This document shows positions 9,849-18,205 of a stretch of DNA of 64,000 nucleotides, piece after piece (position 1 is the stretch's first letter; every line of letters starts with the position of its first letter). Source of the DNA: a bacterium (GTDB lineage: Bacteria > UBA8248); contig OZ253442.1 of NCBI GenBank assembly GCA_965261085.1, positions 3,392,001-3,456,000 on the forward strand, in the 5' to 3' direction. The notes under the pieces were generated by a model that was not told the origin of the DNA, made no database searches, and saw only the letters and a program-made list of their open reading frames with translations. The position numbers were made by a program, and so were the translations under genes.

Positions 9849-11165
9849 ATGCGAAGCGAAAAAGACCTACTTGATTCCGCAAAAAAATACAGCTTTCGCG
9901 GGCGGGTGGACAAGACGGTTTTCGCAGGCCCCGTCTTCGTGCGCGGCGAGGGTTCCACCATCGAGGACGTGAACGGCAAGCAATACCTCGATTTCAATTC
10001 GGGCCAGATGTGCTCCGCCCTCGGACACAACCATCCCACCGTCACGGCCGCCATCAAAAAAAGCTGTGATCAGCTGATTCACGCGCACAGCAGCTTCTTC
10101 AACGACCAGGAAATCATTCTCGCCGAGCGTCTGGGGGAACTACTCCCGCCCCCGCTCGAGAAAAGCCTCTTTCTGGGTTCCGGCGCGGACGCCAACGAGG
10201 CGGCGGTGACAATCGCCCGAAAATACACCGACGGCTTCGAGGTGGCGAGCCCCCACATCAGCTTTCACGGTCTCTCCGACACGGCGCGTTCTCTCACCTT
10301 CGCGGGCTGGCACAGCGGGCACGGGCCGCTCTCTCCGGGAAGTCTGGCCATGGTCGCGCCCTATTGCTACCGCTGTCCGCTCGCCCAGAAATTTCCCGAT
10401 TGCGAGATCGCCTGTCTGGACACGAGCTTCGAGCTCATCGACGCGCAAACGACGAGCAAGCCGGCCGCCGTCATCACCGAGCCCCTGTTCAGCGCAGGCG
10501 GCGTTGTGGAGCCGCCGCCCGGATGGTTCAAGAAGCTTAAACAAAACTGCGAGGAACGCGGCATGCTGCTCATCGTGGACGACGAGCAGACGGGGCTCGG
10601 CAAGCTGGGCACGATGTTCGGCTTCGAGAAGGACGAGGTGGTGCCCGACGTCGTGACGCTTGCGAAACACTTCGGCGGAGGCGTGAGCATCAGTTCGGTC
10701 TCGACGAGTGTCGAGGTTGAGGAGAAGGTGGCGTCCACCGAGTTCGTCGTCACTCATTCGCACACGAACGACCCGCTCGCCTGCGCCGCAGGGGTGGCGA
10801 GCCTCGACGTCATCGAACAGGAAGACGTGCCCGCAAAGGCGAGAAAAATCGGCGCTCATCTCAGGGAGCGCCTCACCTGGCTGGGCGAGCAATATGAGTT
10901 GGTGGGAGACATCCGGGGTCGGGGTCTTCTGCAAGGGATCGAACTGGTCGAAGACAGGCGCTCGAAAACGCCCGCCACCAGACAGGGAAGCGAGATTTAC
11001 CGCAGATGCCTCGAAAACGGACTCATCTTCAGCCAGCGGCGCGGGGGAAGTGTTCTTCGCTTCGTGCCGCCGGCCACGACGACGGAAGGCCAGATGGATC
11101 AGGCGATGGACATCCTCACGGACGCGATGGACAAGGCGAGCGTTCGCGGCGCCGCCTCGGGATGA
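9849..11165 (+). CDS. Class III PLP aminotransferase, 2,2-dialkylglycine decarboxylase-like
   Basis: LDFNSGQMCSALGHNHP (DgdA-type SGQM), SFHG, DDEQTG, TLAK, GRGLL. Confidence 0.8.
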   Translation: MRSEKDLLDSAKKYSFRGRVDKTVFAGPVFVRGEGSTIEDVNGKQYLDFNSGQMCSALGHNHPTVTAAIKKSCDQLIHAHSSFFNDQEIILAERLGELLPPPLEKSLFLGSGADANEAAVTIARKYTDGFEVASPHISFHGLSDTARSLTFAGWHSGHGPLSPGSLAMVAPYCYRCPLAQKFPDCEIACLDTSFELIDAQTTSKPAAVITEPLFSAGGVVEPPPGWFKKLKQNCEERGMLLIVDDEQTGLGKLGTMFGFEKDEVVPDVVTLAKHFGGGVSISSVSTSVEVEEKVASTEFVVTHSHTNDPLACAAGVASLDVIEQEDVPAKARKIGAHLRERLTWLGEQYELVGDIRGRGLLQGIELVEDRRSKTPATRQGSEIYRRCLENGLIFSQRRGGSVLRFVPPATTTEGQMDQAMDILTDAMDKASVRGAASG

Positions 11166-11207
11166 CGTCCAGTTTCGCCTCCTCTGCTTTCGATTAGATT
11201 AGATAAA

Positions 11208-11699
11208 ATGCTCCACGTCGCTCTCTATCATCCCGCAATTCCGCAGAACACCGGGAACATCGGCCGGTTATGCGTCGGGATGGATGCGCATCTCCACATC
11301 ATCGAACCCGCGAAATTCGATTTTTCGGACAATTCTCTCAAAAGAGCAGGACTCGATTACTGGACCGACGTGAAGCTCACCATCCACGAGAGCGAAGACC
11401 TCTTTCTCGAATGGCTGGGCGAGAGGAAACCCTGGCTCATCACGAAGTTCGGCGCTTCGCGTTTCGATCGGGTGGCGTATCGGGATGAAGACGTGCTGCT
11501 GCTCGGGAACGAAAACACCGGCCTGCCCGATCAATGGCACGCGCGCTGGGCCGAGCGGCGGATTTACGCGCCCATGCCCGGGCCGATCCGCTCCTACAAC
11601 CTCGCCAACACCGCCGCCATCGTCCTCGCGCAGGCATACGTTCAACTGCATGACGCGGAAGTGACAAACCACGGCGGAGCAAAAGACCCTATTGGTTGA
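11208..11699 (+). CDS. trmL: tRNA (cytidine/uridine34-2'-O)-methyltransferase
   Basis: P.IPQNTGNIGRLC, LKRAGLDYW, GNENTGLP, RSYNLAN SPOUT motifs. Confidence 0.92.
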   Translation: MLHVALYHPAIPQNTGNIGRLCVGMDAHLHIIEPAKFDFSDNSLKRAGLDYWTDVKLTIHESEDLFLEWLGERKPWLITKFGASRFDRVAYRDEDVLLLGNENTGLPDQWHARWAERRIYAPMPGPIRSYNLANTAAIVLAQAYVQLHDAEVTNHGGAKDPIG

Positions 11700-11983
11700 A
11701 GCCTGCATCCCCAAAACCAGTGAAGAAAATAATTTTGACAACCACCCCCCGCTGATTAGAGTGAAATATGGCCCATATTCACGCATAGACCGGGGAGGTA
11801 GGCTACGTCAAGACGTATTTTGTGCCGTTTTCATGCCGTATTTTGTCGGTCTCTTACTACTTTTGTGCCCTTTTCGGACTCTGTTTTTTCCACCACAAAA
11901 TACCTAAACTAATTAACGTTTGCCACTTGATTGACTAGATGGGTTTCCCGTGAAAAGACTACGAGAAATCGAATAAGGGGGGC

Positions 11984-12562
11984 ATGCCCCAAGGAATGGA
12001 ATTCTCATCGGTTGACCCAAAGGAGGAGAGCATGGACGTCACAATGAATAGAGAAATGGTCAGAAAACGTCTCTACAAACTCGGCGACAAAACACAAGCC
12101 AAAATAGCAGAAAGACTCAACTGCGACGAGGGCACAGCCCGCCGAATCCTTAACGGGGCCTCCGTTCGATTGAACACTGCAGAAAAAGTATCTCAGATAT
12201 TACTACTCGATCCGCTTGAAGTCATTAATTTTGGAATTAATAAGGAAGAGCAACCTACAGACACGGAGGAGCAAATTTCAGAAGCGGACCAACAAAACGC
12301 ATTCTTCACGGAAGCCGAACAGACGGCTTGTGATGCGGCTGGCGAAAGCATGAACGACACCCTCAACCGTTATGGTGCGTACAATCGTGAAGAAGTCTCA
12401 AACGTTCTGTCCCTTCTTCTCCTGACATACGGAGTGGCCCTCTCGTATGAGGCCCCCACAGACGGCTTGCTTTTCATTGACGAGATCACCCACAAGGCGA
12501 AAAGATTGGTTTACTTAAATCTGTTAAAGATGCAGTCTGAAGACACAACAGATTCCGATTAG
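11984..12562 (+). CDS. Hypothetical protein with N-terminal XRE-like HTH, lower GC
   Basis: TQAKIAERLNCDEGTARRILNG helix-turn-helix pattern; AT-richer than flanks; start uncertain. Confidence 0.6.
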   Translation: MPQGMEFSSVDPKEESMDVTMNREMVRKRLYKLGDKTQAKIAERLNCDEGTARRILNGASVRLNTAEKVSQILLLDPLEVINFGINKEEQPTDTEEQISEADQQNAFFTEAEQTACDAAGESMNDTLNRYGAYNREEVSNVLSLLLLTYGVALSYEAPTDGLLFIDEITHKAKRLVYLNLLKMQSEDTTDSD

Positions 12563-12608
12563 CCCATCCACCGGGTAGTTCTGGTTCGACGAAAGGCCAG
12601 CCCGCCCA

Positions 12609-13766
12609 TCACGGCACCATATTCACCCAGCCGCCCTCTTGCGCGCTACGCAGGCAGGCTTCAGCGAGTTGAACGTCACGGATTCCGGCGGAGAGATCGG
12701 CGTAGAATGGCTCATCGCTAACCACGTGGCGGATAAAGCACTCCCAGCCGTAGCGATAGGGGTTCTTGTACGGCGCGGAGTCGGGTTCCTCTTCCCAGTT
12801 CTCCCGATAATCCACAGAGACGTCCATGGTGTCCGCATCGCGCCCCATGAGGAAACCGCGCACCACCGGCGTATCGTCCGCCGCCTGCTTCCAGCATCTT
12901 CTCAAGCTCGCTACCGCAGAGCCATTGGTTCCATCCACCTGGAAGGTGACCAGATCCTCGCGCCGCACCCGGGTGGACCACGAACTTAGAATCGCGCCAC
13001 GCGCGCCGCTTTCGAGCTCCAGGAGAGTATGCGCATTGTCCTCGACATCGACCTCGAAACGCGCCCCCGCCTCGTCGGCGCGCTCGGTCTGACCCGTCCA
13101 GGAGAGCGCCGCCACGCGCGCAATCGGCCCCAAGGTGCCTTCGACGATGTAGCGCCAGTGCGGGTGCATGTCCGAGATGAGTCCGCCGCCGCCCGCTTTT
13201 CGGTAGTTCCAACTCGGGCGCTGGGATTCCGCCTCGATTCCGTCGAACACCCACCACCCGAACTGAATCTGAAAACCGATGACCCGGCCCAGAAAACCGC
13301 TCTCCACCACCCGGCGAAGTTTCAGGAACCCCGGCAGGAAGAGCTTATCCTCCACCGCGCCGTGCTTGAGGCCTTTGGCCTGCGCCGCGCGCAGCAGACC
13401 CATCCCCTCCTGAGCGGTGGGCGCCACCGGTTTTTCGGTATAAATGTGCTTTCCCGCGGCGATGGCGCGCTTTAATATGTCCACCCTCAAGTGCGTGACC
13501 GCCGCATCGAAGAAAACGGGATACGCCGTATCCCGGAGAGCCGCATTCAGGTCCGTCGTCCATTCGAGGCCGCCGTGTTCCGCCGCCAGTTTCGTGAGCC
13601 GCTCCTCGTTTCTGCCGACGAGCAGCAGCTTCGGCAGGATTTTCTCACCCCCCAAGTCGAGGCCGCCCTCGCTTATGATGGGCATGAGCGAGTTTCTCAG
13701 ATGCTGGAAGGAGCAGATGCCGCCGGTCGCTCCGTGCAGAATGATTCCCAATTCCCGCGTCGCCAT
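12609..13766 (-). CDS. Gfo/Idh/MocA family oxidoreductase
   Basis: GKHIYTEKP, GGGLISDMHPHW. Confidence 0.88.
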   Translation of the reverse strand: MATRELGIILHGATGGICSFQHLRNSLMPIISEGGLDLGGEKILPKLLLVGRNEERLTKLAAEHGGLEWTTDLNAALRDTAYPVFFDAAVTHLRVDILKRAIAAGKHIYTEKPVAPTAQEGMGLLRAAQAKGLKHGAVEDKLFLPGFLKLRRVVESGFLGRVIGFQIQFGWWVFDGIEAESQRPSWNYRKAGGGGLISDMHPHWRYIVEGTLGPIARVAALSWTGQTERADEAGARFEVDVEDNAHTLLELESGARGAILSSWSTRVRREDLVTFQVDGTNGSAVASLRRCWKQAADDTPVVRGFLMGRDADTMDVSVDYRENWEEEPDSAPYKNPYRYGWECFIRHVVSDEPFYADLSAGIRDVQLAEACLRSAQEGGWVNMVP

Positions 13767-13808
13767 GTATCCGATCCGCCCCAAATTCAAAATTTCTGGA
13801 GAACACCC

Positions 13809-14939
13809 CTATGCCTCCAGGCCGGCCATCAGCTCCGCAGGCTCAATGGGCAGTATCAGTTCGGCGCCTCGCTTGGCCGAGAGGTCCATCGCCATGGTCA
13901 GCATCAGGTTGCGATGCCCCTCGGCGGCGGTCGCATGGGGGGTGCGCTTGCCCGAATAAATCCGCTGGAACCAGGAGTTGGTCTCCTCGCGCATCGGACC
14001 CCAAAGCTCTCCGTCATACATGTCGCCCGGGGGGAAGCTGGTGAGAAAATCGACGTTGCGCCGCGCTTCGAGGTCGAAATCCTCCGGATTATAGGCGGGC
14101 CCTTGCGAGAACTCCGACGCCATCACCACGTCGCGGTGCGTGTCCTCGATGTCCACCACCCCCTTGGTGCCCACGATGCCGATTTCGAGTCCATACACCG
14201 CTCCGGGCCACTCCTTGGGCAGCGCCCAGCAGATGTTCATGCTCCAGATGGCGCCGCTATCCATCGTGAACACGCCGAAAGTGGCGTCCTTGGTGCCGAG
14301 ATCACTCAAAATCCCCTCGGTCGAGCGCGCGAAAATCGAGACCGGCTTGGCGTCGCCCATCAGCCACAGGCACATATCGAGACTGTGGGTGCCCGAAATG
14401 ACCATGGGCGTCAGAAACCGGCGATCCTGCGATAGACGGACCTCTCCGGTCGGCGCCATGCGGTTCATGAAGGCGCGCGTGACCACCGCTGTAACGTCGC
14501 CGATCTGGCCGCTTTGGACACGATCCTTCACGGCGAGGAAACGTCGGCGAAAACGCTGGGTGTAGCCGACGACGACGTCCACGCCGGCCGATTTTATCGC
14601 CGCGAGCACGGAGGCCGACTCACGCGCGTCCGTGGCGAGTGGTTTTTCTATCAGCATGGGCAGGCCACGCTCCGCCGCGGCGAGCGTGGGTTCGACGTGC
14701 GCCCAGGTCGACGTGGCGATGATCGCCGCATCCACCTCGGGACGGGCGATGAGTTCGTGAAAATCGGTGGTGAAATAATCGGCCCCGATGTCTACTTTCA
14801 GTTTCTCGCCGACCTTCTCGTTCATGTCGGAGAGGCCAATCCACCCGATTCCGGGGAAATCTCTGGCCAGTGCGCCCCGCATGCGCCCCACGACCCCACA
14901 GCCGACGATGGCCAGCCCGAGTTCTTTTTTATCCGACAT
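13809..14939 (-). CDS. Gfo/Idh/MocA family oxidoreductase
   Basis: GCGVVG, LIEKPLA, VGYTQRF, GTHSLD. Confidence 0.88.
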   Translation of the reverse strand: MSDKKELGLAIVGCGVVGRMRGALARDFPGIGWIGLSDMNEKVGEKLKVDIGADYFTTDFHELIARPEVDAAIIATSTWAHVEPTLAAAERGLPMLIEKPLATDARESASVLAAIKSAGVDVVVGYTQRFRRRFLAVKDRVQSGQIGDVTAVVTRAFMNRMAPTGEVRLSQDRRFLTPMVISGTHSLDMCLWLMGDAKPVSIFARSTEGILSDLGTKDATFGVFTMDSGAIWSMNICWALPKEWPGAVYGLEIGIVGTKGVVDIEDTHRDVVMASEFSQGPAYNPEDFDLEARRNVDFLTSFPPGDMYDGELWGPMREETNSWFQRIYSGKRTPHATAAEGHRNLMLTMAMDLSAKRGAELILPIEPAELMAGLEA

Positions 14940-15000
14940 TCCTCTTCCTTTCACTTTTGAAAATTTCGTCTCTGTGACCTCGTATGCGCGGCCGACAAGT

Positions 15001-15029
15001 AAAAGGCTGCGGACTCGCCGCAGCCTTTT
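15001..15029 (-). terminator. Intrinsic terminator hairpin, probably the original tRNA-fMet terminator
   Basis: AAAAGGCTGCGG-ACTCG-CCGCAGCCTTTT perfect 12-bp inverted repeat directly beyond the displaced tRNA 3' end. Confidence 0.8.
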
Positions 15030-15036
15030 GTTTTCT

Positions 15037-15052
15037 TGGTAGCGGGAGGAGG
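15037..15052. repeat. Attachment site (displaced tRNA 3' end)
   Basis: TGGTAGCGGGAGGAGG matches tRNA end 24523-24538 TGGTAGCGGGGGGAGG at 15/16. Confidence 0.85.
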
Positions 15053-15309
15053 TGTAGAATCTACATATTAACTTATTGTATTTATTGAAGTTACATTTTA
15101 TGCTCCGCTTCTTTTACCACGATAAATACCACTCATAATGTGGGAATATACGGGAATATCATCGGCTCCTAGTATGCGCTCACCACGCTTATACCACGAA
15201 CGCCGACACGTTTTCGACCTCTAAGCGCCTCAAATATTCAGGAGGATTCTCGGGTAGGGGGAAGGGCCTGGCGCTCGCCCTGCGCCGCCACTGCAAGGAT
15301 GAGGTGCTG

Positions 15310-15528
15310 TCATAGTGGGTACCCCGCTTCGTCGTATCTCGCGTTCGTCTCCATGGCCTTCTCGATTAGGCGATCAAGTTCCTGCGTCCCGTAGTGAAGA
15401 TTTTCCACCAGGAAATCCCATTCCGCCGCGCTTAGGTTTTCCATTCCGTGCTCCCGCGCTCGTTCGAGTAAAACCTGCGCGCGCGCGGTCGGGTCTCGCC
15501 AGGTCTTCTTCATCCTGGCCCTACTCAT
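15310..15528 (-). CDS. Hypothetical protein (satellite)
   Basis: 72 aa ORF overlapping the portal stop; last gene of the element. Confidence 0.55.
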   Translation of the reverse strand: MSRARMKKTWRDPTARAQVLLERAREHGMENLSAAEWDFLVENLHYGTQELDRLIEKAMETNARYDEAGYPL

Positions 15529-16594
15529 TCAAAACTCCCGACACGGCGGCGGCTTGTTCAAGCGCCATGCCTCCTTGCACCATTTTCGCAAATGACGCCG
15601 CTCTGCCTTGCAAGTCGTGCGCCCATAGGCGGCTCAAGTCGAAGCTGATCCGTGTCTCAAGTTTCGCCTCAAATTCTTGTTTCACGATCTCGAGTAGCGG
15701 CTCCACCGATCCCATGACGAAACGCCGCCAGCTTTCGCGCTGGCTTGTGCCATCCGCATCCGAGGCGAGACTCACGGGAACGCCGCAAGCGCTCAAAACG
15801 CTCATCCCGGATTCGCTCCGAAGGAACCTAAGAGTGTCGGGCGGATCGGCTCCGAGGCGTGATGAGACGAAATCTTTACGCGGCGCTTCACTCATGCCTT
15901 TTTGCCAGCCGCCCGCCGTGGTTTCCGTCAAAATGGTACGGCCCTTCGCGGCGGCGATGTCGGCCTTGAGCATCTTGAGCGGATCGTCACCTTCACCGTC
16001 TCCGCCGTCCGAGGGAATGGGAACAACGTGCGCCACCGGGCCGCCCGCTTCTTCGCCCAAGCGTTTTTCGAGATTGCCCGCAAGCGTTCCCGTTTCTCGC
16101 GCCCACCCGAGCGGCCCGACGCCGTACCACGGACGCGCCGGATCAACTGCGTATCGGAAATGCAGTACCTGGCCCGACTGGACAAGGCGCGTGAGATTTC
16201 CCGAGGGACCGAAAAGATCGGCCCGGTAAAACCAACTTGACTCATCATGGCCGCCCCTCACGTCCCAGCTTCCCACGGGGAGAAATTCCACTTGCCCGCG
16301 GCGTAGCTCGATGACGTGCAAGCCTTCGCCGCGGCGGATGAGATTTCGTGCGATGAGGGCCATCATCCCCGGAGTGATTCTTTCCGCCCGGTCGCCTGTA
16401 ACCTTCGCGGCGGCGAAGGCTTGCGCATAGAGCGCCGCGCTGGTTTCGAGCGCCCACGTCTGCGCGGGATCGCCCGGCATGGTTCCTTCGGCTTGCGATA
16501 CGATGGCTTGAACGAGCGCGTCCGTGAAGGGTTGCGTTTCCCGCTTCTCCGCCGCGCCGCCGCGCCAGTCTATCGCCGGAATTTGCGCGCTCAT
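15521..16594 (-). CDS. Phage portal protein (HK97-like)
   Basis: NLIRRGEG, VLHFR, WYGVGPL, SACGVP.SL, VEPLLEIVKQEFEAKL; ATGA overlap with upstream gene. Confidence 0.85.
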   Translation of the reverse strand: MSAQIPAIDWRGGAAEKRETQPFTDALVQAIVSQAEGTMPGDPAQTWALETSAALYAQAFAAAKVTGDRAERITPGMMALIARNLIRRGEGLHVIELRRGQVEFLPVGSWDVRGGHDESSWFYRADLFGPSGNLTRLVQSGQVLHFRYAVDPARPWYGVGPLGWARETGTLAGNLEKRLGEEAGGPVAHVVPIPSDGGDGEGDDPLKMLKADIAAAKGRTILTETTAGGWQKGMSEAPRKDFVSSRLGADPPDTLRFLRSESGMSVLSACGVPVSLASDADGTSQRESWRRFVMGSVEPLLEIVKQEFEAKLETRISFDLSRLWAHDLQGRAASFAKMVQGGMALEQAAAVSGVLNE

Positions 16595-16953
16595 CCGATC
16601 ACCCCCCCGCGTCGCACTTTCCACCTCGTCAAAAGTGCCCCGGCGCCCGATAGCTGGAACGACGAAGCGGGCGGCGCCATACGGAATTCGATCACCACAT
16701 CCCCCACGTCTATTTTCTGGATCGATCCGGGCGGCGCTTGCGCCAAATATCCCGCGTAACGAATCAGCGCCTCATCCTTCACGGCTTGCGGAGCGAGAGG
16801 CGCATACTCTTCGATAACCGCCGCCGCCACTTCCCCGAGTTCGGAGATTGTCTCATCGTCCGCACTACTCAAACCCGAGACACGCCTTTTCAGTTTCGCA
16901 ATCGCCGCCGTGCGGGCTTGCGTGCCGGCGTTCGGCCAAGGACTCAGAGCCAT
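16591..16953 (-). CDS. Putative head-tail connector (HK97 gp6/SPP1 gp15-like)
   Basis: DDETISELGEVAAAVIEEY..PQAVKDEALIRYAGYL..GDVVIEF..ALLTRWK pattern and 120 aa size. Confidence 0.7.
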   Translation of the reverse strand: MALSPWPNAGTQARTAAIAKLKRRVSGLSSADDETISELGEVAAAVIEEYAPLAPQAVKDEALIRYAGYLAQAPPGSIQKIDVGDVVIEFRMAPPASSFQLSGAGALLTRWKVRRGGVIG

Positions 16954-17918
16954 AATCTCGACCTCCTGGGTTCGCCGGCAGCGCCAGCCGGCATGTCATC
17001 ATCGCGGCCACGCCGAAAACGAACAGGCGTCCACCCCCCGCTCGCGTCAGTAGCACCAATCTGCAAGGCCCTGATTCTCGCTTTCTGATAGGTTGCCCTG
17101 CCTGCCTCAAGAACAAAATCAGAAGCACCCGCCGCCGTGTCGATGACGGGCCTTGCGATAACGTCCGCCGCGTCCATGCTTTCGAGCAATGCCCTGCCCC
17201 GTGGCGAGTCGGGAACGTCTAGCGCATACTCCAAACCGCCGCGCTTGTCAGACCAAAATCGGAGCGTCTTTCGTTTCCGGCTCCCAAGCGGGTTTGCATA
17301 TTCCCCGAGCACGGCGAGCGCGTCTTTTTGTTGATCCGGATCAATCGCCCCGTCCAAAGCGCCGCTCTCGAAAAGAGCTTCCGTGCAATCACCGGGAGAA
17401 CACCGGCATTCGACCGCCCGCTTCGCCGGGATGTTTCCCCGGATCGTTCGTAGACGCTTAGCGCGTTCCTCGCGTTGGCGGGCCGACACGATGCTTTGCT
17501 CATACTGCGGATCGTCAACCACGGCGACGCCGACAAGCTGCGCTTTCTCGATGATTCTGATATCACCGTCCTGGTGTTCCTGCCTCGAATGAAATTCGAT
17601 GCTCAGACCTCGCAAGATTTTTGCTTTTACGAGAGCGATTGTTTCCGTCGCGGATGGCGTGTTCGGGAGCGTGGCGCGAATGCGGAGCTCTTCGGGTGAG
17701 TCGATGAGCTCAAGGCCGCCGCCGCCCGTGCGAGCGAGGGGCGTTTTCCGGTCGTGCTGTCTGTTCAAAATTGTGTCGCCCAAGGGCGCGAACGCGCCCG
17801 GATCGATGCGCTCCCGGCCCCACGGGAAAACCGCCTCATCCCCGTAAACGAGCGCCGCGCCTTCGAGTAAACGACCTTCGGATTGTCGCAGTTCGAGAAA
17901 GCGTCTCTCCGGTTCCAT
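16944..17918 (-). CDS. HK97-type prohead protease with a second degenerate protease-like domain
   Basis: LEGAALVY, ERIDPGAF, QHD (His), PLART, GLSIEF (Ser), VAVVDDPQY in the first ~150 aa. Confidence 0.85.
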   Translation of the reverse strand: MEPERRFLELRQSEGRLLEGAALVYGDEAVFPWGRERIDPGAFAPLGDTILNRQHDRKTPLARTGGGGLELIDSPEELRIRATLPNTPSATETIALVKAKILRGLSIEFHSRQEHQDGDIRIIEKAQLVGVAVVDDPQYEQSIVSARQREERAKRLRTIRGNIPAKRAVECRCSPGDCTEALFESGALDGAIDPDQQKDALAVLGEYANPLGSRKRKTLRFWSDKRGGLEYALDVPDSPRGRALLESMDAADVIARPVIDTAAGASDFVLEAGRATYQKARIRALQIGATDASGGWTPVRFRRGRDDDMPAGAAGEPRRSRLWL

Positions 17919-17920
17919 GA

Positions 17921-18193
17921 CTACACCTCGTCGACGACTACGTGGGCGATTGCGCCGGTGCGTGGAACCCATATCCAAACCTTGTCCAGGCCGGTCGCAT
18001 AAACGATTCGCTCTTCGCCTGGTTGCATTATCGGGCCGCGCTTCGAAGATGTTGGCGCGGCGGGAGAAAACCGGATGCGGACGCGCTCGGAGTTTGAAAG
18101 ATTCTCGATACTGTGGTGATTTGAGAAATCAATTCCCAAGGCCGCGCCCAGGTCTTGCGGCGTGTCGGTCGCCTCAAAATCAAGAGTCGCCAT
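17921..18193 (-). CDS. Small beta-rich protein, possible capsid decoration/spike base
   Basis: 90 aa directly after the capsid gene with GGAGG RBS; alternating beta-strand pattern (IENLS..VRIRF..GPIMQPGE..VWIWV). Confidence 0.55.
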   Translation of the reverse strand: MATLDFEATDTPQDLGAALGIDFSNHHSIENLSNSERVRIRFSPAAPTSSKRGPIMQPGEERIVYATGLDKVWIWVPRTGAIAHVVVDEV

Positions 18194-18205
18194 TTTCGCG
18201 GCCTC

